DNA of 64,000 bases from Candidatus Dormiibacterota bacterium (GTDB lineage Bacteria > Chloroflexota > Dormibacteria > Aeolococcales > Aeolococcaceae), in the NCBI GenBank assembly GCA_035652335.1, contig DASRDZ010000072.1, forward strand, positions 26,081 through 90,080, read 5' to 3'. Made by a program: the position numbers and the translations under genes. Below are positions 50,762 through 60,358 of this stretch, in pieces. Below the pieces are notes generated by a model, which ran no database searches, was not told where the DNA came from, and saw only the letters and a program-made list of their open reading frames with translations. Positions within the stretch are counted from its first letter, which is position 1, and each line of letters starts with the position of its first letter.

Positions 50762-51829
50762 ATGCGCATCCGACGACGCGGTGCCGCCGCGCTCTTCATC
50801 GCCGCGACGGTCGCCACCAGCACAGCGGCCGTCGCCGCCGCGACCCCGAGCTTCCGCACCGTCACGGTGATGACCCGCAACCTCTACTTCGGGACCGACC
50901 TGACGCCGATCCTCCAGGCCCAGACGCAGCTCCAGCTCTTCCTCGCAGTGGGCACGGCGTACGGCCAGGTGGTGGCCTCGGACATCCCGGCGCGGGCAGA
51001 GCGCACCGCCGAGGAGATCGCCGCGACCACACCGGACCTCGTCGGCTTGCAGGAAGCGGCCCTGTGGGGCGTGGCGCCCTTCAGCGATCCCGCGGCGGTG
51101 ACCCCGACGTACGACTTCGTACAGCTCATCGTCGCCGACCTCGGCGCCCTCGGCTACTCGTACACGCCCGCGGCCAGCTCGGTGAACTTCCAGGCAGAAG
51201 CCCCTGGGCTGCTCACCAGCGGTCCCGCGTACGTCGCGTTCACCGACCGCGACGTCATCCTCGCCCGCACCGAGGCGAAGATGAGCGTCGCCAACCCGCA
51301 GCACGGCCACTACTCCGTCGCGGTGACCCTCAACAGCCCCACGCTGGGGATCGTGACCGTGCCGCGCGGCTGGGCCTCGGTCGACGCCACCCTCCGCGGC
51401 ACGACCTTCCGCTTCGTCGACACGCATCTCGAGGCCTACTCGTCCCTGGTGCGCAACGCCGAGGCCGGAGAGCTCACAACGATGCTCAGCGCCTACGACG
51501 GCCAGCTCGTCGTCGCCGGTGACTTCAACTCCTCGGCGCCGCCGGCGGGCGCCGACGACTCGGCCGCGTACAGCTGGATGGCGGCGCAGGGCTACGCCGA
51601 CGGATGGCTCGCCAAGCCGCGTCCGGTCAGCGGCTTCAGCTGCTGCCAGGACGGGTCGCTGACCAACGCCGTCTCCCAGATGAACGAGCGCATCGACCTC
51701 GTCTTCCTCCGCAACGGGCCGGCGGCGCTCGGGATGGAGCTGGTCGGCGACCAGCTTGCGGACCGCACGGCGGGCGGGCTGTGGCCCTCCGACCACGCCG
51801 GTGTGGTCGCCGACGTGCGGATCGCGTAG
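50762..51829 (+). CDS. Secreted endonuclease/exonuclease/phosphatase (EEP) family protein
   Basis: Start placed at ATG 50762 (MRIRRRGAAALFIAATVATSTAAVAA, signal-like). VMTRNLYFG, LVGLQEA, GDFNS and the terminal SDHAGV are EEP-type blocks. Confidence 0.8.
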   Translation: MRIRRRGAAALFIAATVATSTAAVAAATPSFRTVTVMTRNLYFGTDLTPILQAQTQLQLFLAVGTAYGQVVASDIPARAERTAEEIAATTPDLVGLQEAALWGVAPFSDPAAVTPTYDFVQLIVADLGALGYSYTPAASSVNFQAEAPGLLTSGPAYVAFTDRDVILARTEAKMSVANPQHGHYSVAVTLNSPTLGIVTVPRGWASVDATLRGTTFRFVDTHLEAYSSLVRNAEAGELTTMLSAYDGQLVVAGDFNSSAPPAGADDSAAYSWMAAQGYADGWLAKPRPVSGFSCCQDGSLTNAVSQMNERIDLVFLRNGPAALGMELVGDQLADRTAGGLWPSDHAGVVADVRIA

Positions 51830-51903
51830 CCCCGACCGGACTTCGCTTGGGGCGGCCCGCGCCGCGCGAGTCGCCCCTTTCGCGGCCTCCGCATACTGCC
51901 GGT

Positions 51904-52914
<1,011 letters not shown>

Positions 52915-52924
52915 ACTCGCGGGC

Positions 52925-55900
52925 ATGGCAGCCCGCTCGTCCTCACCCCTGGCGCGCTTCACCCCGGCGGCGCGGGGCTGGTTCGAGTCGAGCTTCGAGG
53001 CGCCCACGGCGGTGCAGTCGCAGGGATGGTCGGCGGTCGCGGCGGGCGAGCACACGCTGATGTGCGCGCCCACCGGCAGCGGCAAGACGCTGGCCGCCTT
53101 CCTCTGGTCGATCGACCGCCTGCTCAGCGAACCGCCGCCGGCCGAGGCGGAGCGCTGCCGGGTCCTCTACATCTCGCCGCTCAAGGCGCTCACCGTCGAC
53201 GTCGAGCGCAACCTGCGTGCGCCGCTCCGAGGCATCGCGCTGCAGGCGGAGCGCATGGGCGTCGCCGTGCCCGACGTCGCCGTCGCGGTGCGGACCGGCG
53301 ACACGCCGTCCGCCGAGCGCGCGCGCATGGAGAGGCACCCGCCCGACATCCTCATCACCACGCCGGAATCGCTCTTCCTCATGCTCACCAGCAACGCGCG
53401 CCGCATCCTCGGGTCGGTGCGCTGGGTGATCGTCGACGAGATCCACTCGGTGGCCGCCAGCAAGCGCGGCGCGCACCTGGCCCTGTCGCTGGAGAGGCTC
53501 TGCGCGCTGACCGAGCGCGAGCCGCAACGCATCGGGCTCTCCGCGACGCAGAAGCCCCTCTCCGAGATCGCCCGCTTCCTGGGCGGGACGGACCGTCCGG
53601 TCAGGATCGTCGACATCGGCGAGCGCAAGACGCTGGAGCTGCGCGTCGAGGTGCCGGTCGAGGACATGGCTGCCCTGGAGCGCGGCGTGGAGATGCGCAG
53701 CGGCCCCGCGGCGGCGATCGGCGACGATCCCGGCTCGCCGCGGCGGAGCATCTGGCCGGCCATCCATCCGCGCCTCCTCGAGCTGATCCGCGAGCACCGC
53801 TCCACCATCATCTTCGTCAACTCGCGGCGTCTCGCCGAGCGGCTGGCGGCCAAGCTCAACGAGCTGGCCGGCACCGAGCTGGTGCGCGCCCACCACGGCT
53901 CGATCGCACGCGAGCAGCGGGTCGCCGTCGAGGACGCGCTGAAGCAGGGCCGGCTGCCCGCCATCGTCGCCACGTCGTCGCTGGAGCTGGGCATCGACAT
54001 GGGCGCTGTCGACCTGGTCATCCAGGTGGAGGCGCCGACCAGCGTGGCCTCGGGAATGCAGCGCATCGGCCGCGCCGGGCACAGCGTCGGCGACGTCTCG
54101 CGCGGCGTCGTCTTCCCCAAGTTCCGCGGCGACCTGCTGGAGTGCGCCACCGTGGTGCAGCGCATGCTCGACGGCGAGATCGAGACGACCCAGGTGCCGC
54201 GCAATCCGGTCGACGTGCTGGCCCAGCACGTGGTCGCCATGTGCGCGATGGACGAGTGGCGCACCGACGAGATGCGCTCGCTGGTGCGGCGTGCGTCTCC
54301 CTTCGGCGAGCTGGGGGATCGCGCCTTCGAGGCGGTGCTCGAGATGCTCGCCGGCGCGTATCCCGCCGACGAGTTCGCCGAGCTGCGTCCGCGCATCGTG
54401 TGGGACCGCATCGCCGGGACCATCCGCGGCCGCGCCGGCGCGCAGCGCCTGGCGGTGACCAGCGGCGGCACCATCCCCGACCGCGGGCTCTACGCGGTGA
54501 CGCTCTTCGAGGACGGACGCCGGGTCGGCGAACTCGACGAGGAGATGGTCTACGAGACCCGTCCCGGCGAGGTCTTCATCCTGGGTGCGACGTCCTGGCG
54601 CATCGCCGACATCACGCCGTCGCAGGTGCAGGTGACCCCCGCTCCCGGCGAGCCCGGGCGCATCGCCTTCTGGCACGGCGACACCGTGGGGCGTCCCGTC
54701 GAGCTGGGGCTCGCGCTGGGGCGCACCATCCGAGAACTGGCCGAATCCGGCGAGAACGCGGCGGTGCAGCGGCTGCGTGAGCGGTCGGCCTTCGACGAGA
54801 GCGCGGCACGCAACCTGCTCGCCTACCTGCGCGACCAGCGCGAGGCGACCGGCGCGCTGCCCGACGACCGCACCGTCGTGGTCGAGCGCTTCCGCGACCA
54901 GCTCGGCGACTGGCGCGTCTGCGTGCTCTCCTGCCTCGGTGCGCGCGTGCACGCGCCCTGGTCGCTGGCGGTGGAGGCGCGGCTGCGCGATCGCTACGAC
55001 GCCGACGTGCAGGCGATCCACAGCGACGACGGCTTCGCCCTGCGGCTGCCCGACGTCGACCGTCCACCGCCGGTCGAGGACCTGCTCGTCGAGCCCGAGG
55101 AGGTCGACGACCTGGTGACCGAGCAGCTGGCCGGCTCGGCGCTGTTCGCCGCCCGCTTCCGCGAGAACGCCGCCCGCGCGCTGCTGCTTCCCCGGCGCCG
55201 CCCCGGCGAGCGGACGCCGCTGTGGAAGCAGCGTCAGCGCTCCCACGATCTGCTCCAGGTGGCCGGCCGGCACCCCTCGTTCCCCATCCTGGTGGAGACC
55301 TACCGCGAGTGCCTTTCGGACGTCTTCGACATGACCGCACTGCGCACGCTGATGTCCGACCTGCGTTCGCGCCGAGTCCGCCTCGCGGTGGCCGACACCG
55401 AGCGGGCCTCGCCGTTCTCCTCGTCGCTGCTCTTCGACTACGTCGCCCAGTTCATGTACGAGGGCGACGCGCCGCTCGCCGAGCGCCGCGCCCAGGCGCT
55501 GGCACTCGACCGCGACCTGCTGGCCGAGCTGCTGGGCAGCGCGGAGCTGCGCGAGCTGCTCGACCCCGAGGCGGTGGCGCTGCTGGAGCTGGAGCTGCAG
55601 GGCCTGCTCCGGGATCGCTTCCCCCGCGACGCCGACGAGGCGCACGACCTGCTGCGCCGCCTCGGCGACCTCGACGACGACGAGTGCGAGGCGCGCGGGA
55701 TCACCGCGGAATGGCGGCACGACCTGCTGCGCACGCGTCGCGTCGCGCGCGTCCACCTGGGGGGCGCGCATCGACTCATCGCGGCGGAGGACGTCGCGCT
55801 CTACCGCGACGCGCTCGGTGTGGCGCCGCCCCCGGGCATGCCCGAGGCGTTCCTCGCCTCGCCCGACGATCCGCTGCCGGCGCTGCTGCTCCGCTACGCG

Positions 55901-57310
55901 CGGACGCACGTCCCGTTCGTCGCCGAGGACCCGGCGCGGCGCTGGGGCCTGCCGCTCCGCGACGTGCACGCGGCGCTGTCGCGGCTGGCCGAGGCCGGCG
56001 CGGTCCTGGAGGGCGAGTTCCGGCCGGGCGGCAGCGGGCGCGAGTGGTGCCACCCCGAGGTGCTGCGCAGCCTCCGCCGCCGCAGCCTCGCCGCGCTGCG
56101 CCGGGAGATCGAGCCGGTTGCGGCAGAAACTCTCGGTCGCTTCCTGCCGGCGTGGCAGGGCGTGGGCGCAGACGGCGGCGACGGGGTCCTGCAGCAGCTG
56201 CAGGGCCTGGCCCTGCCGGTGTCCGTGCTGGAGCGCGACGTCCTGGCCAGCCGCGTCCCGGCGTACTCGCCGCGGCTGCTCGACGAGATGATCTCGATGG
56301 GTGAGGTGGCCTGGGTCGGCCGCGGTGCGCTGGGCAGCGGCGACGGGCGCGTCGCGCTCTACCTGCGCTCCGACGCCGCGGCGCTGGTGCCCGAGCCGGT
56401 CGACCCGCCCGACGGCGAGCTGCACGCGCGCCTCCGCGTCGAGCTCGCCCGGCGGGGCGCGTCGTTCTTCACCGACCTGCTGCGCGCGATCCCCGGCGAC
56501 GTCGACGAGCTGGTCGACGCGCTGTGGGACCTGGTCTGGTCCGGCGAGGTGACCAACGACACCTTCGCGCCGCTGCGCGCGCTGGGTCCGCGCACCCGCG
56601 GTGGCGCCGCGCAGCGTCCGTCCCGGCGGCCGCTGATGCGCCTCGCGCCGCCGCGCGCCGCGGGCCGCTGGTCCCTGGTGGCGGGATTGCGCGAGCCCGC
56701 AAGGACGCCGACCGAGCGCCTGCACGCCATCTGCGGCGTGCTGCTGCAGCGGCACGGTGTGCTCACCCGCGAGGCCGTCCTCGCCGAGGGCGTCCCCGGC
56801 GGCTTCGCCGGCCTCTACCCGGTGCTGCGCGCCATGGAGGAGGCGGGACGGATCCGCCGCGGCTACTTCGTCGACGGCCTCGGCGGCTCGCAGTTCGCCC
56901 TGCCGGGCGCCGTCGACCGCCTCCGCGCCGAGGCGCAGAGCGAGGCGCGGGTGGTCGCCCTCAGCGCCGTCGACCCGGCCAACCCCTACGGCGTCACCCT
57001 GCCCTGGCCCGGCTCGACCCTGCGCACGGCGCGGACGGCGGGCGCCTTCGTCGTCCTCGACGCCGGCGTGCTGCGCCTCTACCTCGAACGTGGCGGTCGC
57101 TCCCTCGCCACCTTCGGCGACGTCGCCCCGCAGCATCTGCGGGCGCTCGCAGGGGCGGCGACGCGCGCGGGACGGCTGGAGATCGTCAGCGTCGACGGCG
57201 GACCCGTGCACGCCAGCGCGGTGGCCCAGGTGATGCGCGAGAGCGGCTTCGGACCGACACCGCGCGGCCTCGTCCACTGGGGTGAGCGGCGCGCCCTGGT
57301 CGGCGCCTGA
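52925..57310 (+). CDS. lhr: ATP-dependent helicase Lhr (large helicase-related)
   Basis: 1461 aa with Walker A APTGSGKT, the DEIH box (VIVDEIHS) and SAT-like SATQ. The long C-terminal extension and the adjacent nei gene are typical of Lhr. Confidence 0.95.
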   Translation: MAARSSSPLARFTPAARGWFESSFEAPTAVQSQGWSAVAAGEHTLMCAPTGSGKTLAAFLWSIDRLLSEPPPAEAERCRVLYISPLKALTVDVERNLRAPLRGIALQAERMGVAVPDVAVAVRTGDTPSAERARMERHPPDILITTPESLFLMLTSNARRILGSVRWVIVDEIHSVAASKRGAHLALSLERLCALTEREPQRIGLSATQKPLSEIARFLGGTDRPVRIVDIGERKTLELRVEVPVEDMAALERGVEMRSGPAAAIGDDPGSPRRSIWPAIHPRLLELIREHRSTIIFVNSRRLAERLAAKLNELAGTELVRAHHGSIAREQRVAVEDALKQGRLPAIVATSSLELGIDMGAVDLVIQVEAPTSVASGMQRIGRAGHSVGDVSRGVVFPKFRGDLLECATVVQRMLDGEIETTQVPRNPVDVLAQHVVAMCAMDEWRTDEMRSLVRRASPFGELGDRAFEAVLEMLAGAYPADEFAELRPRIVWDRIAGTIRGRAGAQRLAVTSGGTIPDRGLYAVTLFEDGRRVGELDEEMVYETRPGEVFILGATSWRIADITPSQVQVTPAPGEPGRIAFWHGDTVGRPVELGLALGRTIRELAESGENAAVQRLRERSAFDESAARNLLAYLRDQREATGALPDDRTVVVERFRDQLGDWRVCVLSCLGARVHAPWSLAVEARLRDRYDADVQAIHSDDGFALRLPDVDRPPPVEDLLVEPEEVDDLVTEQLAGSALFAARFRENAARALLLPRRRPGERTPLWKQRQRSHDLLQVAGRHPSFPILVETYRECLSDVFDMTALRTLMSDLRSRRVRLAVADTERASPFSSSLLFDYVAQFMYEGDAPLAERRAQALALDRDLLAELLGSAELRELLDPEAVALLELELQGLLRDRFPRDADEAHDLLRRLGDLDDDECEARGITAEWRHDLLRTRRVARVHLGGAHRLIAAEDVALYRDALGVAPPPGMPEAFLASPDDPLPALLLRYARTHVPFVAEDPARRWGLPLRDVHAALSRLAEAGAVLEGEFRPGGSGREWCHPEVLRSLRRRSLAALRREIEPVAAETLGRFLPAWQGVGADGGDGVLQQLQGLALPVSVLERDVLASRVPAYSPRLLDEMISMGEVAWVGRGALGSGDGRVALYLRSDAAALVPEPVDPPDGELHARLRVELARRGASFFTDLLRAIPGDVDELVDALWDLVWSGEVTNDTFAPLRALGPRTRGGAAQRPSRRPLMRLAPPRAAGRWSLVAGLREPARTPTERLHAICGVLLQRHGVLTREAVLAEGVPGGFAGLYPVLRAMEEAGRIRRGYFVDGLGGSQFALPGAVDRLRAEAQSEARVVALSAVDPANPYGVTLPWPGSTLRTARTAGAFVVLDAGVLRLYLERGGRSLATFGDVAPQHLRALAGAATRAGRLEIVSVDGGPVHASAVAQVMRESGFGPTPRGLVHWGERRALVGA

Positions 57311-58083
57311 TGCCCGAGGGTGACACCATCTGGCGCACCGCCGCGGCGCTGCGCCGGCGTCTCGACGGGCACACCGTCACCTCGGCGAGGCCGGCACGCA
57401 CGCTGGGGCGGCTGGGCGGCCGTCGCATCACCGGCGTCGAGCCCGTCGGCAAGCACCTCTTCATCCGCTTCGACAACGGCCTCTCCCTGCACACCCACAT
57501 GCGCATGGACGGCGCCTGGCACGTCTACGCGCCCGGCGAGCGCTGGCGCAGGCCGGAGCGTCTCGCCCGCGCCGTGCTGGAGACCGACGACACCGTCGCC
57601 GTGTGCTTCCTCGCCCCGCTCGTGGAATTGGTCAGGGACGGCAGCAACTCGGTGGGCCATCTCGGTCCCGACGTCCTCGGCGAGGGCTTCGACGTGCAGG
57701 TCGTGGCGCAGCGTGCCCGCGCCAGCCGCTTCGGCACGCTCGGCGAGGTGCTGCTCGACCAGCGCGTCTGCGCCGGGATCGGCAACATCCACAAGTGCAA
57801 CTCGCTGTGGCAGCTCCGGCTCGATCCGTGGCGCAGCGTGGCGGACACCGACGACGCGACGCTGGCGGAGCTCTTCGCCACCGCCCGCGACCGCATCCGG
57901 CGCAGCGCGGTGGCGCGCGGCTTCGCCCCCGCGCCGGCGGTGCACGGCCGCGGCGGCCGCCCCTGTCCCCGCTGCGGCACGCCGATCTCGGTGCGCGCCC
58001 AGGGCGAGCAGGCGCGCCTCACCTACTGGTGCACGCGGTGCCAGCCGCCGACCCCTGTTGCTGCGAGCCAAAAAACTCTGTAG
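57310..58083 (+). CDS. nei: Fpg/Nei family DNA glycosylase (endonuclease VIII-like)
   Basis: The N-terminus MPEGDT carries the catalytic Pro2/Glu3. A C-terminal zinc finger CPRCG...CTRC is present. The ATG overlaps the lhr stop as TGATG. Confidence 0.92.
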   Translation: MPEGDTIWRTAAALRRRLDGHTVTSARPARTLGRLGGRRITGVEPVGKHLFIRFDNGLSLHTHMRMDGAWHVYAPGERWRRPERLARAVLETDDTVAVCFLAPLVELVRDGSNSVGHLGPDVLGEGFDVQVVAQRARASRFGTLGEVLLDQRVCAGIGNIHKCNSLWQLRLDPWRSVADTDDATLAELFATARDRIRRSAVARGFAPAPAVHGRGGRPCPRCGTPISVRAQGEQARLTYWCTRCQPPTPVAASQKTL

Positions 58084-58189
58084 ACGCGTAGTGACGGACT
58101 CCCGTCCGCGCCCTGTTGTATAGCCCGCGGACGGACGACATCCCACATCGTGCTCTGGCTGCACCGTCCCGGCCAGGCGGGGGCCACAC

Positions 58190-59176
58190 GTGGACGACGC
58201 CGCGGATCAGGCACGCATGCACGCAGAGCGATGGGCGATGCTCCTCCCCCATCGCGATCTCGCCGTCGGCATGGTGCTGCGTGCCGGCGGCAACCTCGCC
58301 GACGCCGAGGACAGCGTGCACGACGCGATGCTGCGGCTGGTCCGCCGCGACGACCTCGACCCGGTGCGCGTGCGCTCGCTGCTCATCCGCGCCTCGCTGC
58401 ACATCGCCATCGACCGCCGCCGCGCGGCCGCCCGGCAGCAGGACGCCGTGGTACGCCTCGGCGGGGAGGCGGCCGGACAGGTCAGCTCGCCGGAGCAGGT
58501 CGCCGCCACGCGCGCGGACGCCGAACGCGTGCTCAGCGCCGTCGACGCCCTGCCCCGCCGCGAACGGGAGGTGATCCTGCTGCGGCTCGCCGGGCTCAAC
58601 GTCGCCGAGACGGCGCGCAGGCTGGGGATCTCCGCGAAGTCGGTGGAGGGCGCCTACACCCGCGCCCGGGCCCGGCTGCGCCTGCTGCTCGCCGGCGCCG
58701 TCGCCTGGGTGGCCGCCCGGCTCCGGCGCCTGGTCTCGCCGCACGTGGAGCTGGCCGCCGCCACCACCGTCGCCGCGCTGCTGCTCGCCGGCCCGTCCTG
58801 GGACCGTGCGGTGGCGGACCCGGGGGCGGGCCAGGCGTCTGCCGCCGCGTCGCACGGCGGGCTGGGCAACGTGCGGCAGCGCGAGGGGACGCCGGTGCCG
58901 CCCATCGCCGGCGGGCCCGCGCTTCGCCCCGGTGCCGCGCCATGGCCCGGCTCCCCCGGGTCCGCCACGGCACCGCAACCCGACCCATTCCCGTTCCTCC
59001 CCCACGGCCTGGTGCGCCCTGGGCCACCCGCACACACCGTGCCACCCAACTGCACCGTCTGCGTCCCAATCGACGCGCCCGGGGGGCTCGCCAGCACCGG
59101 CGTGTTCGTCAGCGTCGGCGACTGCGGCAAGCCCGAGGGCCCGGAGTGGGTGCAGCGTTGCCTTCTCGGGCCGTAG
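58190..59176 (+). CDS. ECF-type sigma-70 family factor fused to a hydrophobic segment and Pro/Cys-rich C-terminal region
   Basis: Region 2 (DAEDSVHDAMLRL...ASLHIAIDRRR) and region 4 (LPRREREVILLRLAGLNVAETARRLGISAKSVEGAYTRARARL) are present. They are followed by ELAAATTVAALLLAGPSW and a 130 aa tail with 4 Cys. GTG start. Confidence 0.8.
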   Translation: MDDAADQARMHAERWAMLLPHRDLAVGMVLRAGGNLADAEDSVHDAMLRLVRRDDLDPVRVRSLLIRASLHIAIDRRRAAARQQDAVVRLGGEAAGQVSSPEQVAATRADAERVLSAVDALPRREREVILLRLAGLNVAETARRLGISAKSVEGAYTRARARLRLLLAGAVAWVAARLRRLVSPHVELAAATTVAALLLAGPSWDRAVADPGAGQASAAASHGGLGNVRQREGTPVPPIAGGPALRPGAAPWPGSPGSATAPQPDPFPFLPHGLVRPGPPAHTVPPNCTVCVPIDAPGGLASTGVFVSVGDCGKPEGPEWVQRCLLGP

Positions 59177-59254
59177 GCATCCCGCTGCACGCCATCTGTC
59201 CTTGGCTCCAAGATCTGCCGTTGCCGACAACAGGAGGCAGCGGGAGCGTAGGGC

Positions 59255-59569
59255 GTGCGACGGGCCGCGATCCTGGCCACGGCCCTGCTCGCCGTGCTCC
59301 CAACGGCCCCGATGAGCCCTGGGGCCCGTCAGCTCGGCCCGCTGCCGATCTGCGAGAGCACCGACCCGGTCGTGGTGCTGGGCCAGGAGGTCCTGCCTGG
59401 ACAGACGCTCTGCGTACCCCCGCAGCAAGCCCGGGTCAGCGCCCTCGCCGCCGGCGGCCCGCGCGGACCGGCGCCCGCGACGCCTTGCCCGGCTTCAGCT
59501 GCCCCGCCATCATCCGCGCCGCCTCCGCCTCGACGGCGCGCCCCATGGCCAGGCGGAAGGTGGCGTTGA
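59255..59569 (+). CDS. Possible small secreted protein downstream of the sigma gene (low confidence)
   Basis: The GTG is preceded by GGGAG 8 nt upstream. The N-terminus MRRAAILATALLAVLPTAP is signal-like, with good GC3 for about 60 codons. The last 130 nt overlap the convergent MerR gene, where GC3 drops. Confidence 0.3.
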   Translation: MRRAAILATALLAVLPTAPMSPGARQLGPLPICESTDPVVVLGQEVLPGQTLCVPPQQARVSALAAGGPRGPAPATPCPASAAPPSSAPPPPRRRAPWPGGRWR

Positions 59570-60272
59570 CCGCCTCCACCGCCACCGGGCGCAGCCGCTC
59601 CAGCGCCTCCTGCACCCGCGGCCACTCGGCCTCCGGCTTGCCCGCCGCCTCGAAGGGCTCCCAGACGGTCTCGACGAACATCCTCACGAAGGCGCGGGCG
59701 ATGCCCTCGGCGTGGCGGTTGAGCTGCTGCTGCACCTCGAGCCCCGCCTCGATGGGGATCCCCAGGCTGACCAGGGCCTCGCCCGCCCGGATCAGGGTCG
59801 GGCTGAGCACCTCGTAGCGCCCGTCGCCGAGCGGGGTGATCAGGCCGAGCTGCTCGGAGCGGCGCAGCAGGTCGGGGTCGGGACGGGCTGCGCCGGCGCG
59901 GGTGGCCAGCTCGGTGGCCTCGACGATCTCGGTGGGCTCGTCCTCCCATGGCTCGCGCAGCGAGTGGGAGAAGGTGAGCGCCTTGGTGGCGGTGCCGGGA
60001 GCGGTGCTCTCCAGGAGCCGGGCGATGGCGCCGAGGTTGAAGCCGTCGGCCTGCATGTCGCCGATGAGCTGGATGCGCGCGACGTGCTCGCGCCCGTAGT
60101 AGCCGGTGCGGCCGCGCACCTCGGGTGGGGGCAGCAGGCCGCGCGACTGGTGGGCGCGGATGTTGCGCACCGTCATGCCCGTGACCTGGGCGAGCTGGTC
60201 GATGGTGTACTCGGCCTGCTCCTCCCCCGCCCTGCCCGGCCCGCCGGTGCGGTTCCTCGCCTGCGCGCTCAC
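59436..60272 (-). CDS. MerR family transcriptional regulator
   Basis: YTIDQLAQVTGMTVRNIRAHQSRGLLPPP...GYYGREHVARIQLI is a MerR-type winged HTH. GTG start. Confidence 0.88.
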   Translation of the reverse strand: MSAQARNRTGGPGRAGEEQAEYTIDQLAQVTGMTVRNIRAHQSRGLLPPPEVRGRTGYYGREHVARIQLIGDMQADGFNLGAIARLLESTAPGTATKALTFSHSLREPWEDEPTEIVEATELATRAGAARPDPDLLRRSEQLGLITPLGDGRYEVLSPTLIRAGEALVSLGIPIEAGLEVQQQLNRHAEGIARAFVRMFVETVWEPFEAAGKPEAEWPRVQEALERLRPVAVEAVNATFRLAMGRAVEAEAARMMAGQLKPGKASRAPVRAGRRRRGR

Positions 60273-60282
60273 GGCCCGACAT

Positions 60283-60314
60283 TGTGGCGCGCCGGGGCGC
60301 TTGACGGCGCCACA
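60283..60314. promoter_or_regulatory. Inverted repeat TGTGGCGC-N16-GCGCCACA overlapping a TTGACG -35 element in the MerR/membrane-protein divergent region
   Basis: The arms at 60283-60290 and 60307-60314 are perfect reverse complements. TTGACG (60301-60306) is followed after 16 nt by TATCAT (60323-60328), then GGAG and ATG 60359. Confidence 0.5.
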
Positions 60315-60358
60315 GATTCATGTATCATCGATCGATGTCACATCAGGGAAGGAGCGCC

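Noticed and set aside
52943-57277. 1444 aa minus-strand ORF
   Set aside because: It is an almost exact antisense mirror of lhr, which has clear helicase motifs. The shadow ORF has none.
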